The notes under the pieces are model-generated. The model saw nothing but the letters and a program-made list of their open reading frames with translations, did no database searches and was not told the origin of the DNA. The position numbers and the translations under genes are program-made. A stretch of DNA of 61,100 nt, filler included, from Diploschistes diacapsis (Eukaryota): NCBI GenBank assembly GCA_023645945.1. It is 5 parts of 5 records of this genome, joined end to end, with 100 filler letters (N's around TTAATTAATTAA, not from the genome) between each part and the next. Parts side by side here need not be neighbours in the genome. Positions count along the whole stretch, not along the records: positions 7,709 to 15,315 come from JALAIB010001267.1; positions 15,416 to 23,005 come from JALAIB010001268.1; 3 more parts are not named here. One strand, given 5' to 3'. Position 1 is the first letter of the stretch, and each line of letters begins with the position of its first letter. This document shows, piece after piece, positions 12,944 to 23,105 of this stretch.

Positions 12944-14080
12944 TCATGGCTCAGCATCCGGCTCGAACGGCGGCTCGTCCATAAACTCTGCCGCCGAGCC
13001 ATCCCTAGGCTTTTCCAAGCTCGCGACATCGAGCTGGTTCTCGTACGCGTAAGCGAGCACGGCATCGTAATCGCGACAGCGATGCTGCACGTTGAAGTTC
13101 GGATGCGGCGCCGTGTGGCCCTTCAGCCGGTTGTACGTGATGATTCCGGTGTCGGCGTCGCACATGAGCTTCTGGCGCAGTACGTCGGCACAGTGCTCTT
13201 TTTGCATACGCGTAACAAAAAAAAAAAAAAAAAAAAAAAAAAGGCTCAATAGCGCCTTTTCGAGTCCCTGGTTTTTAGGGTGATGTGGTGGCGCGGCTTA
13301 CCTATGTGGTTATAGAAATCCGTGGGGCGTCGCTCCCGGAACCGGACTTGCTCGGCGAAGTAATCGGGATACGCGAGCTCCCAGAGAACTTGCTGTCCGA
13401 AGTCAGGTGGGTTTCCATAGGAAACATGGGTTTGACGGGGTTGGAGCGCACAACGCAGTGTATGTGGTGGACTGTCTCGAAGAGGGCAATGCGGCCGCCA
13501 CCGAGGCCCCCAGGAACCTTGATTGCGTGTTGTGATGCGTTGAGATGTTGGAAAATCTCTTCCGGAATTCGCATTATGCCTACTGTAGGATGCCGTTCAG
13601 TGTTTATTCAATACAGAGGGAGGGCGGGAGGTACGCTGAGCGAGCGATTCCACAAACGTTCTACTTCTGGAGTTGGTGGGCCTTTGTAAGGCGAAGAAGA
13701 GCGAGAGAAAGATCCATCGAATCTCTTATTCGTATAGATACTAGGCAGGATGCCTTGTAAAGGTAAGTCTGAGTTTGAAAGAACCCCGTTAATGTTTCCT
13801 GATTTCTTTATTAGTTTGAAGAAGTCCTACTAGTCTGATCGCATATTGATATTGGTTTGTCGCACACAAGCCTCCTCTGAAGAACAGCGGCGAAGAACAA
13901 AACCCCCGAAATGGAGAGTAGAGCAAAATGGAAAAGGAAAAGGAAAAGGAAAAGTCCACATCGAGTCACGCGTTCCTGCCCCTGTCGCCGCGAGATCTTT
14001 TCATTAAGGAGACCTCTATGGACATCTGCTTTGTCGGAGGCAGAGTCGTCTGCAAAGGATTGCGATGAACTCATAGACAT
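12944..14080 (-). CDS. DUF3328 / UstYa-family oxidase, 5 exons (14080-13831, 13768-~13635, 13582-13452, 13392-13302, 13197-12944); possible 1-nt frameshift at the end of exon 2
   Basis: N-terminal TM segment; RFDGSF..SPYKGPPTPEVERLW; twin HxxHC motifs (HHIHC, HIEHC); LRQKLMCDADT; PNFNVQHRCRDY. Confidence 0.88.
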
Positions 14081-14607
14081 TATGTAAAACTGCAGGAAAG
14101 AATTATAACGTTGAACAACAGCAAAATAGTTAACGCTAGGAACAGAGTAGATCTATACAGCCCTAGACAAAGCATGGCGGCCATCCTACTGCTCCAATCA
14201 TGGTGTGAAAGTTTATGGTAACGAAAGCGAGAACCTACCAGCTGAAATATCGTTTGCCTACCAGTAGTTCTTAGCCGAACTCAATATCCCTCGCATATGC
14301 ACAGTGAGGTGTCCGCAACGCTGTACAGAGACTAGGCCAATAGAAGTCGGATCGATGGGGAGACGAGCAAGTGAGGGAAAGGTTGCCTCAGGGAATGTCT
14401 CGCAAAGACAAGTCCAGCTACAAAATCGAACGATCTAGATGAATTACAAGCTCACGAATCGATTGACATATCTCAGCTCTTAGGGCGTATACCTATAAAG
14501 TCAGAAGGTTTCCCATGGTCAATCAGCGCCAGAGACTCCTACTATTCTCTACCACACTCAAGTCTGCGTTGCCCTTACTGCGAAAAATACCGCCATAAAG
14601 CTACAGC

Positions 14608-14793
14608 ATGCATATCAGTCTCACCTGTCTCCAGTTATTCCTCCTCGGCCTAATCGCTACCGCCACAGCTGTGCCAGTCCGGAAAGGAGGTGAGATTATA
14701 ACAGCGAAAAGGAAAGTTGGAAAGTTTCTAGAACTCACGTCGAGCAGGTACTGTACAGGTCGATGGGCTGACCACGCTAAGAAGTTGAATTAA
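14608..14793 (+). CDS. Very small secreted peptide, divergent from the DUF3328 gene; 3' structure uncertain
   Basis: TATAAA at about 14494; MHISLTCLQLFLLGLIATATA-VPVRK signal peptide; GTGAGA donor at about 14689. Confidence 0.55.
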   Translation: MHISLTCLQLFLLGLIATATAVPVRKGGEIITAKRKVGKFLELTSSRYCTGRWADHAKKLN

Positions 14794-14859
14794 ATCACTA
14801 CCACTCGCTAGAGTCGTGACCCTAGTACCCGAGCAGACCTTAGTTACCGAGCACGTGAT

Positions 14860-15315
14860 ACAATAATAAAACTATAATAATAAATATTTAAAATAAAATA
14901 TCTTTTAAAGTAATTAATTTAAAGCCCTGTAAATCGAATAGGCTGGCCGTCACTGACACTGACACGGCCGTGTCAGTGTCCGTGTTTTAGATTTTTTTGC
15001 TGCGGTGTCCGTGTCCGTGGATTCACGGAAATGTAGTATCCGTGTCAGTATCCGTGTTTTAGATTTTTTAATTACGGTATCCGTGTCCGTGGATTCATGG
15101 AAATGCAGTGTCCGTATTAATGTCCGTGTTTTAAATTTTTTAATTACGGTGTCCGTATCCGTGTCCGTGTTTTTAAAATAATTTTTAAAAAATAAAAGCG
15201 TAAAAAATAAACGTGATAATTTTAAAAATATTAAAAAAAAAAGTATTTTCGTGTTTTTATTATAATGTAGTATCCGTGTTAATGAATTTACGGAAATGTA
15301 ATGTCCGTATTAATA
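14860..15315. repeat. AT-rich, RIP-like repeat or transposon end with a 26-bp palindrome and about three 72-bp tandem units rich in CCGTGT
   Basis: Palindrome GACACTGACACGG|CCGTGTCAGTGTC at 14955-14980; units differ mostly by C>T/G>A. Confidence 0.75.
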
Positions 15316-15415
15316 NNNNNNNNNNNNNNNNNNNNNNNNNNNNNNNNNNNNNNNNNNNNTTAATTAATTAANNNNNNNNNNNNNNNNNNNNNNNNNNNNN
15401 NNNNNNNNNNNNNNN
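15316..15415. other. Artificial contig linker
   Basis: N44-TTAATTAATTAA-N44. Confidence 0.97.
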
Positions 15416-15510
15416 GTGGGGGGGTTGATAGTTTTTCTTTGTAAAAGTAAAAGAGTGCACTTTTATTCTCCGCGGGGCAGACTGGATAGGAAGAGGTATG
15501 TGTGTATGTA

Positions 15511-15616
15511 CAGTACTAGGCCAAAAGTAGTTGGGTACGCCGTGGGCGGCAGTAAAGAGTTGACTGTTTATTTACTGCCGCTTATGGTGTACCTAACTAC
15601 TTTTGGCCTAGTACTG
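15511..15616. mobile_element. 106-bp MITE of Tc1/mariner type
   Basis: 46-bp TIRs (15511-15556, 15571-15616; 41/46 identical) beginning CAGT, flanked by TA on both sides, inside a (TATG)n tract. Confidence 0.8.
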
Positions 15617-16079
15617 TATGTCTGTATGTATGTATGTATGTATGTATGGGAGGGTTGTTGTCCTCGCTCTCCCAATAACGGGGGGCTTCCCCCGGTAACG
15701 ATATGATACCACCGGGTATATCTGACCCCCTTTCTCTTTTTGGCCCCCTTTTGTTCCCCATCCTTGGTCCTAGTCCCAGTCCTAGCCCTGCTCCCCCGTC
15801 CCTCGGACGATGTTCAGAATGATTTGCATCTCAGAACGCCTCTTCGTGATCCCGACACCTCCCTTATGCCCCTACAAAAAAGAGCTTCAGGGGATGATAC
15901 TTCAGCTCAAAATAGAAAAATAGGCCTGAGCTACCTGAAGCGCTCCCCAGAACCTCCAGAGTTGTTGTTGTTGTAAGTAACCTGAAGCACCTCCCCCCCC
16001 GGCGCTCTCTTGTATTTTGGTCATGACAAGTGGCAGCTCCAGACCGCATTACATTACACTAATAGCTGTAACACAACAA

Positions 16080-16790
16080 CACATTATGAAAAACACCAGC
16101 ATGAGTACTATACCCACTACCGCACCCAAAAAATGACATTTCAAACGAGGGCTTTCGAGCAACTATCTATCATCAAACAACAACGCAAATTTTTTCTGGC
16201 GCTCGAGAGCGTCCAGCAGCAAACCTCAGGCTTTCCATCCTGGAAATACTCCGAACCGTTTATAAACGGTATTAGACGCGTCGAGATTATCCATACCCGG
16301 ACCGTCGCAAAGCATTTGCTCGATCGAGCTCTCGCTGGTGAAGAAGCGAAAAGGTTAAATCGTTTTAATTTTAAGTTTAATTATATTATAATTCCGAGTA
16401 TCGATCATCGACGGTTAATTGATATTCGGGAATATAACATATTTGAACTTGTTAATGAAAAGACTTTGATTTTTGGTGAGAGCTGCTGGCATCTTATTGT
16501 GGACAAAGTTGCTCGAAAGCTCCTCGTTTGAAGTGTCATTTGGGTGCGGTACGGGGTATAGATGGTACTAGTCTTGATGTTTTTATAATAATATACTTAA
16601 ATTTATTATTAAAAAGGTTTAACCTTTTCGCTTTTTTAGTGAGCTTGAAAATGCTGTGCGACAGTCCACAATCTCGACGCGTTTGGCACCGCCCATGGAT
16701 GGTCGTAGTATTTCCATCTCGGAATTATAACATACTTGAACTCATTGAAGAGGTTCAACCTTTTCGCTTCTCCAGCGAGAGCTCTCTCGT
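16080..16790. repeat. Modular inverted (fold-back-like) repeat
   Basis: Three modules on the left arm (16108-16164, 16241-16317, 16326-16398) recur as reverse complements at 16507-16561, 16649-16716 and 16718-16784, plus extra degenerate copies. Confidence 0.8.
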
Positions 16791-17053
16791 ATAAGCCCAA
16801 GGTAACGCAAAAAGGTGTTTGGTGTGTAAGTTATTCTTAATATCGCCCGAGTGCATGGCTGCTTAGGTATCCATAGCTCTAGTAACATAGGATGAAATCT
16901 AGAAAACGTAATCGAGTACCTTCGTAATGTCGTCACGTTGCCGTATATACCTCTACGGTACTCCATCATGTGTGTTGCAAGAAGTGACCCATATCAATAG
17001 CCCCAGAAAATACGCTCCAAACCCAACCATGTCTCGTGCCCTTTCGCTCCTCT

Positions 17054-20000
17054 TCAGAGCCTCCCTCTGCTGACCGAATCGGCAAAGCGGATTCCTGGAC
17101 TCTTTATCCCTCCACCGCTTGAGCCTGGTCCCCCCTCTCCTCCTTGTCTTACATCAGCAGCTCCCGGCCCCCCAGCCTTTGGCTCCTCGACGGGCTTGTG
17201 CCCCTTTCTCCTCGGTTTTCGCTCGCCCCCGTCTTCCTCCGACGAAGAACTCTCTTCCGCGTCTTTGACCTCCCCCAAAGCAGCAAGACGGCGACGTTTC
17301 TCAGCCGTCGTTTCTTCTTCCTCGCTAGAAGGCCGTGCTTGACGAAGGCGCTGCGACTGACGAGGGACTTGGCGGGAACTCTGGCCGAGGGCAGCAGAAC
17401 GAGGTTTGCGAGCGCTTGGGTCCGAACCCGAGGCATCGCGGCCACGCTCGGGATCGTCGGATGAGGAAGGTACTTGGCTAGGCTTCTGACCAGCAGTGGT
17501 CGCGAGGCGGCGGCGGCGTTGGGCTGCCGTTTCGGGCTGGTCGGCCGTTGCACGGGTGAGCGAGGCGGTGACGTTGCCGTGCGGAACATTAGCAGAGGCA
17601 TTGGTCTCGACCGGATGAAGATCATCGTTTCGGCTTGATTGCATTCGCTGTAGATCTGGATGGTTATCCGCCACAGCACCAAAGTAACTTTGCAGCTCTT
17701 GTGGCTGCTGTTGCCGAGCGAGATCCTTGCTCGGTTGATTGCGCTGCGCCTTGTGGTTCGCTACCCGCCTCACGTCGTGCTTGATGCCCTCCGGTGCGTT
17801 GCTCTCGTCTACAACTCGAGCCTGGGCTTTTGGATCGAGAGACTGGATCTCCCTGATAAAATCCTCCTTGTTCATGCGTCTGCTGCTCCCACCCAGCGTG
17901 AAACGTATGCGGTCGTCGTCTTTGTCCTTTTCTTCCGGCTTTGCATTGCCCTTTCGTCGTTTCTCTTCCGGTGCACCTTCTTCGCCCGCTGCGGCTTGAT
18001 GAGCTGCACTCTCCGCTCCTCGACCGACCCAGGTCGTGATGCGCCTCAAGGAGTGCCAAACCGGATCGTCTTCACTCACATCCTTGCTTTGCTTTCTGTC
18101 GGGTACAGGCAGATCATACTTTTTGACAACTTCACCGTCCTCGTCCTCGACAATGATAGTATTACCATATTGATACGCGTGAGCTGCGCCTCGTTTGGTA
18201 CCACTACTGGACTCGGTCAGGGCATCGTCCCTGTGCCGCCAGCTGTGGAAACGTTTCCTAAAGTTCCGATAAGGGTGACTCGGGTGCTCTATGCCATCGA
18301 GCAAATCATGTTCGAAATCAGTTCCCTCCGTTTTCGCGTGGGCCTCATGCTTGTGCTTGACATGTTCTCCGCTAGTCTCCTTACGTAACTGCTCTCGGTC
18401 TTCCTCGATGTGCATCGATTTCTCAGCTTGTGTCTCACCCTTCGTCTTTTCTTCAGACAAAACGTTGCCTTCCTCATCCTCCACCACCATACGGTCGCCC
18501 TCTTGATAAGCCTCCACCTCTGGTTCGTCCGATTGGGGGGATACATCCCCTCCCTCCTCCTTCGACCGTTCCTGCCCTTCGTCATCAGCCTTAGGAGGCT
18601 CCTCGTCCTCGAGCGTTGTGCTCGGCTTCTCTGTAGGGCTTTCTGAAGACTGCATTCGCCTCTGAGGAGCGATGGCTGATTGACTGATTGGCCCGCCGGG
18701 ACCCATTCCAGGCTCGTACCTCTTCCTTTTTGACGACTTTACGCTCGAAGCCCGACTGGTCGGCCTGCTAGGGGTGTCTTCCTCTTTCTGGCGCCGCAGG
18801 AAATTACCGGCAAAGCCGACCGGAGGCAGCGAATCGGGTGTGGGGGGCAATTTCTCGTCCGATTCGCTTGTTTCGCTTTCAAAGTCGGCCTTGCCCCTGG
18901 ACATGGACTTGGAGGTCGAGGAGATACGGGGGAGTCTGTTAAGCCAAGATTGGTCGTTGGCCTGCGTGTAGGACATTGTCAGTGTGAGGGTATTGATACG
19001 CTTGCCCAGTGTGAACACCGCGATGGACGAGCCGTGAACGATGATTGAGCTAATGACAAGAAAAGTGACAATGGGCCATATTGTCTGGATTAATATGTAG
19101 TTCTCAGAACCAGGGCCCGGAAGAACGGCAAGGGGCTGCGTGCTGTCCGTTTCGAGCTCGGCACGAGCCAGCAGGGCCGCAAAGATGGCGCCAACGCCGA
19201 TTGGCCCAAAATGACCCGCGAACAGAGCTTCTCTCCAGTTCTTGACGTCTGGTATAATGGGTTTGAGGGCCAGCATAATGGGAATTCGCCTGAACAGAAT
19301 AACGAAGATGGCGATGACCACCAGTCTCCACGGAACGAGCCCAATGGCAGCGTTGTTAAACTGCTCCCACGGCACGATAGCACCAAGAAATACAAAGTAG
19401 GCAAGATTGAGGAGCAAATCGATAACGTTGGAGACGTGCGACTCTTCGGTCTTGTTCGTAAACCATCCATCGTTGCTGAATCCCACGCCTGCAGAGAAGC
19501 CAATCAAAAGATCGTCCATGCCGAGCAAGGACCCTGAGCCGGCGCAGAAGAGGGCGAGGGTGAAGTAGAAAACGAGAAAGCTCTCTCTGTCAATCAGCTT
19601 GTGCCTTTCGGCATATTTGATGGCATGCCGTCCGATGTAGCCGATTGCGAAACCGTATACGGCTCCGAAGATACACTCGTAGAGAACCGTAAAGCAGAAC
19701 CAATGATACACGACATCCTTTGCCTCGAGATTGTATTTGATTAGGTACAGAGAGAGGTAGATGAACGGAAATGCCATTCCATCGTTGCAGCCAGATTCGG
19801 CAGACAGAAGATCCCTGAGATGCTTGGGTACCCGCTTCGCGAATTTACCCTTCCCGACGACCGACGAGGCAAGTACGGGATCCGTTGCGGTCACGCATGC
19901 TGCAATGGCCAGCGCGTCGAGCCAGCTCAGTGGGACTACCATCCACCATATGAAGAGGCTGGTCATAAGCCAGCCGACGGTCATGATGGGGACCAGCAAG

Positions 20001-20311
20001 AAAGTCACCGACTTCCAATGCCTTTCCATGTATGCCTTCGGTAGCTCGACACCGACGGCGAAGCATTGCACAACCAGGACGATTCGGGAGCATTCCAACG
20101 CGATCTTGTCCGAGTTCCCCCATGAGAGCGGGTTGAAGAGGTTCGCGGCGTGGGGTCCAAAGATGACGCCGCAGATGGTAGCAACGGTGGCTTCGCCGAT
20201 GTACAAGCGCTCCTTCACAAAGAGAGAGCAGAGCATGAACAGGCTAGTGAAGCCGCCGATAATGCAGTATGCCAGATGCGGCTTATCTATCGAGAGTTGT
20301 TCCCACGCCAT
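17054..20311 (-). CDS. NHA1: Plasma-membrane Na+(K+)/H+ antiporter with a long hydrophilic C-terminal tail; apparently intronless
   Basis: MAWEQLSIDKPHLAY start, TATDPVLASSVVG, SAESGCNDGMAFPF, GHFGPIGVGA, SIIVHGSS. Confidence 0.95.
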   Translation of the reverse strand: MAWEQLSIDKPHLAYCIIGGFTSLFMLCSLFVKERLYIGEATVATICGVIFGPHAANLFNPLSWGNSDKIALECSRIVLVVQCFAVGVELPKAYMERHWKSVTFLLVPIMTVGWLMTSLFIWWMVVPLSWLDALAIAACVTATDPVLASSVVGKGKFAKRVPKHLRDLLSAESGCNDGMAFPFIYLSLYLIKYNLEAKDVVYHWFCFTVLYECIFGAVYGFAIGYIGRHAIKYAERHKLIDRESFLVFYFTLALFCAGSGSLLGMDDLLIGFSAGVGFSNDGWFTNKTEESHVSNVIDLLLNLAYFVFLGAIVPWEQFNNAAIGLVPWRLVVIAIFVILFRRIPIMLALKPIIPDVKNWREALFAGHFGPIGVGAIFAALLARAELETDSTQPLAVLPGPGSENYILIQTIWPIVTFLVISSIIVHGSSIAVFTLGKRINTLTLTMSYTQANDQSWLNRLPRISSTSKSMSRGKADFESETSESDEKLPPTPDSLPPVGFAGNFLRRQKEEDTPSRPTSRASSVKSSKRKRYEPGMGPGGPISQSAIAPQRRMQSSESPTEKPSTTLEDEEPPKADDEGQERSKEEGGDVSPQSDEPEVEAYQEGDRMVVEDEEGNVLSEEKTKGETQAEKSMHIEEDREQLRKETSGEHVKHKHEAHAKTEGTDFEHDLLDGIEHPSHPYRNFRKRFHSWRHRDDALTESSSGTKRGAAHAYQYGNTIIVEDEDGEVVKKYDLPVPDRKQSKDVSEDDPVWHSLRRITTWVGRGAESAAHQAAAGEEGAPEEKRRKGNAKPEEKDKDDDRIRFTLGGSSRRMNKEDFIREIQSLDPKAQARVVDESNAPEGIKHDVRRVANHKAQRNQPSKDLARQQQPQELQSYFGAVADNHPDLQRMQSSRNDDLHPVETNASANVPHGNVTASLTRATADQPETAAQRRRRLATTAGQKPSQVPSSSDDPERGRDASGSDPSARKPRSAALGQSSRQVPRQSQRLRQARPSSEEEETTAEKRRRLAALGEVKDAEESSSSEEDGGERKPRRKGHKPVEEPKAGGPGAADVRQGGEGGPGSSGGGIKSPGIRFADSVSRGRL

Positions 20312-21179
20312 AACGCCGGATTTTCCTCCTTTTACAAATCGCAAGCGCGACCGGCTCGTAGTGACTAGCCTATGTCTTTTCGTCTCGGTACGCCAAATCT
20401 AATCGTCCCCAGTCCCAGAGACTGCTCAAAATGCATCAGGTCAGCTTTGAGGCTAGCTTTCGCGGTGGCCGACTCTCAGCTTTCTGTCACGCTGGACCCT
20501 GTTAAGCGTTGTTCAGCCGGCATATAAGGGGATGGGGCTCTGATTCAAAAAGAGAGAAACGAAGAGAGGAAACAAAGACCGAGGGGAGAAAAAGAGGGAC
20601 TGTCAGGGTGCAGTGCCGAGTAACGGAAAATCTCGGTGAGGAAATATGGTGATGTGGGTGTTGCAGTTTCGTTGATGATGTCGGGGCTTGTCAAGAATCT
20701 TGGCGTTCTTAGCTCGTCACGTGTCCCCTTCAAAAATTGCATACAGTACAGAAGCAAAAAGGCTATATACTGTGGGCTCGAGAATCTACATACTGTATAG
20801 CTTTGTACACGCATAAGCATATAGTAGTTCATTGTACCGTTAGGTAGTGCACAACAGTATCAAGTTCAGATCTGCGATAATCTACCCTAGCAGAGCCGCT
20901 GCCGTGATTTCCGTAACCGAATGAACCGCTAAGCCGTAGTCCGTAGTCAGAACTGGGTAAGAGTATTTCATCATAAGTACGTACTGGAGTCTTCACGGGG
21001 CCAAGATGCAAAAGGTGGGATGGGATAGGATTTGACAGAGTCCTCCGTCATCGAGAGGGATGCTCCATCACTGCGACACGATAATATATGATCGAGGAAA
21101 GCGAGCTGTTACTAGATCAACGGTACGTGCCTGTACAGTAAACTATACACGACTATACACCTAAATGGCATAAGAGAGG

Positions 21180-22217
21180 CTACTTGAAGCCAACAAAGAC
21201 GTCCCTGAGAACACTTCCTCTGAGCTTATTCCAGTCCTGCGCTTCGACTGCCGTAAGAATGTCAACTCCAACCTGCACGAGCTCTTTGGTCTGCTCCGGG
21301 CTTCCCCAAGGGACTCGAGTCGGCCAGAAGCAGATGTGCATAGCAAAGTGGACTGCGAGTCTTCCGACGAACTCCTCTGACATATCTGTATTCTTCTTAT
21401 ATGCTTGCAGGAAGCTCTCCATCAGGCCCCGGCTACCTTTAAAGACATCAAGCAGGTAAGCCTCGGCCGCAAACTGCCCAACGTCTGTGGCGCCGCACCC
21501 TCTGCGAGTCATCTCCCAGTCAACAACGGTGAGGGTGCTCTGGTCTTCCGAGACCAGCAGGTTCCCCGACCAACAATCGCCATGGCACACGCACTCGTCG
21601 TCCGTCAACAACATCGCGCCGTATTTGTCGTTGATCTGAGCTCCGAGTGCTCCGTCGAATCCCATCTCCTTTAGTGCTCTCTCGAGTCTCTGGTAGCCGA
21701 ACCGGTACATTTCCTTTGCGCTGTTGTTGTCTCCAATGTTGGTGGATTTGGTAGACTCATGCAGATTGGCCAGCCATGCTCCTATCTGATTACCATACGC
21801 AGTCATATTCAAAGATGGATCCTGATATGCCTCCTTTAAGTTTCGCGGTCCAGCGTAATTCATCTGGATAACGTGCTGTTCATGGTCGTACCAGTAGATT
21901 GTTGGGAGGGCGACAGTTATTTTCGCTGTGACGGTTGAATCACCATGTGTCCCAGGAGAGCCGTGCTTGAGCGCCAACGCACTATTAAGTAGCCGAATTA
22001 CGTTGGTCTCAAAGTCCATTCGTTCCGCAGGAAACCCCATCTGAGGAGCAACTTTGATATACGGCTCCGCATGCTTGATGATAGTGTCTCGCTCGCCAGC
22101 GGATTGGACCCGCCAGATGAAGTTGGCACTCCCGCCCGGTAGCTCCGTGACCTTGTCGAAGGGTATTTTCTTTGTACTAAGGTATGTTTCGAGCGCCTGG
22201 GTGGTCTTCAGCTCCAT
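21180..22217 (-). CDS. APH/choline-kinase-like small-molecule phosphotransferase (PsiK / methylthioribose-kinase-like), intronless
   Basis: GGSANFIWRV P-loop, IIKHA, HGDCWSGNLLV Brenner motif, DWE, DVGQFAAE. Confidence 0.85.
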   Translation of the reverse strand: MELKTTQALETYLSTKKIPFDKVTELPGGSANFIWRVQSAGERDTIIKHAEPYIKVAPQMGFPAERMDFETNVIRLLNSALALKHGSPGTHGDSTVTAKITVALPTIYWYDHEQHVIQMNYAGPRNLKEAYQDPSLNMTAYGNQIGAWLANLHESTKSTNIGDNNSAKEMYRFGYQRLERALKEMGFDGALGAQINDKYGAMLLTDDECVCHGDCWSGNLLVSEDQSTLTVVDWEMTRRGCGATDVGQFAAEAYLLDVFKGSRGLMESFLQAYKKNTDMSEEFVGRLAVHFAMHICFWPTRVPWGSPEQTKELVQVGVDILTAVEAQDWNKLRGSVLRDVFVGFK

Positions 22218-23005
22218 GATACTAGGTAAATCGAGCTTCTGTTCCCAGCAACAAAGACTTGCGCGTGAAAACCTTTAGAGGATTGTGAGCTTGCTTTGGC
22301 TAGTTGCAAACCACTTTCTCTTGAGCGCCAACGTCTAGTCAGTTGGAATTCACGTCGAGCATACAGCTGCATCTTATGCATTCTCTTCAGCCGTGTAGCC
22401 AATCCATGAAACCTTTAGACTCACGCTTCGTGAGTCACTTCGAATTCTGCTGTCATCCGGGGAGCATTTGCTCGATCGGACTGCAGCACCATCTTCTCTG
22501 GAAAAAGAAAACAACAAAGGCCAAGAGCTGTAAATGGCGACATTTAGCAGGCGAGATATGACTCAGAGAGAATAGATTGACTGGGTTAAGAGCAGGTAAC
22601 GTTGTACTGCATTCCCACATCACCATCCTACCTTATATCTTCAACAAGCTCAGGACAGCAGCGACCATAGAATAATACAATAAGTAACGAAACGTGTAAA
22701 GGTTTGGTCTCAAGAATATGACAACTAAGAATAGTATCAGTATCTTCATGTGTCCTTAATTGAACGAACCAACAATATTAGAGGATAATGACTCAAATAC
22801 TCAATTGGTTCGTTTACAGCGGACACATGAAGGGGACGCCGTGCAAAGCAAAGCCTCGGTTAAGTAGAAGTTTCCTATCTCCTTAACATCAACAATCAAT
22901 AACTCCTCGTCAACTCCCAAAACACCACTTCCCATCCATCGCCCTCACTGCACCATTATCCACCTCCACTTCTCATCCCGGCCACAATGCCCTCCGCATC
23001 CACCC

Positions 23006-23105
23006 NNNNNNNNNNNNNNNNNNNNNNNNNNNNNNNNNNNNNNNNNNNNTTAATTAATTAANNNNNNNNNNNNNNNNNNNNNNNNNNNNNNNNNNNNNNN
23101 NNNNN
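23006..23105. other. Artificial contig linker
   Basis: N44-TTAATTAATTAA-N44. Confidence 0.97.

Noticed and set aside
13216..13242. Long poly(A) tract as a retro-insertion tail
   Set aside because: It is a poly(T) tract in the last DUF3328 intron; no TSD or element body is evident
14968..15180. CRISPR-like appearance of repeated units
   Set aside because: No unique spacers, whole units are repeated, and the context is eukaryotic with no cas genes
15740..15976. ORF with LQKR...LKRSPEP resembling a Kex2-processed peptide precursor that could partner the DUF3328 gene
   Set aside because: Starts at TTG, has a poor signal peptide and no repeated core, and lies on a different contig across a linker
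16010..16531. 173-aa ORF
   Set aside because: Runs through both arms of the inverted repeat; module copies differ by non-triplet indels; no recognisable motifs
17144..20402. Long antisense and alternate-frame ORFs within NHA1 (similarly in chitin synthase, TOM1 and the GPI gene)
   Set aside because: Shadow ORFs expected from GC-rich codon usage; no independent motifs
12944..22217. One large secondary-metabolite cluster joining UstYa with the PsiK-like kinase
   Set aside because: The genes lie on different contigs separated by an artificial linker
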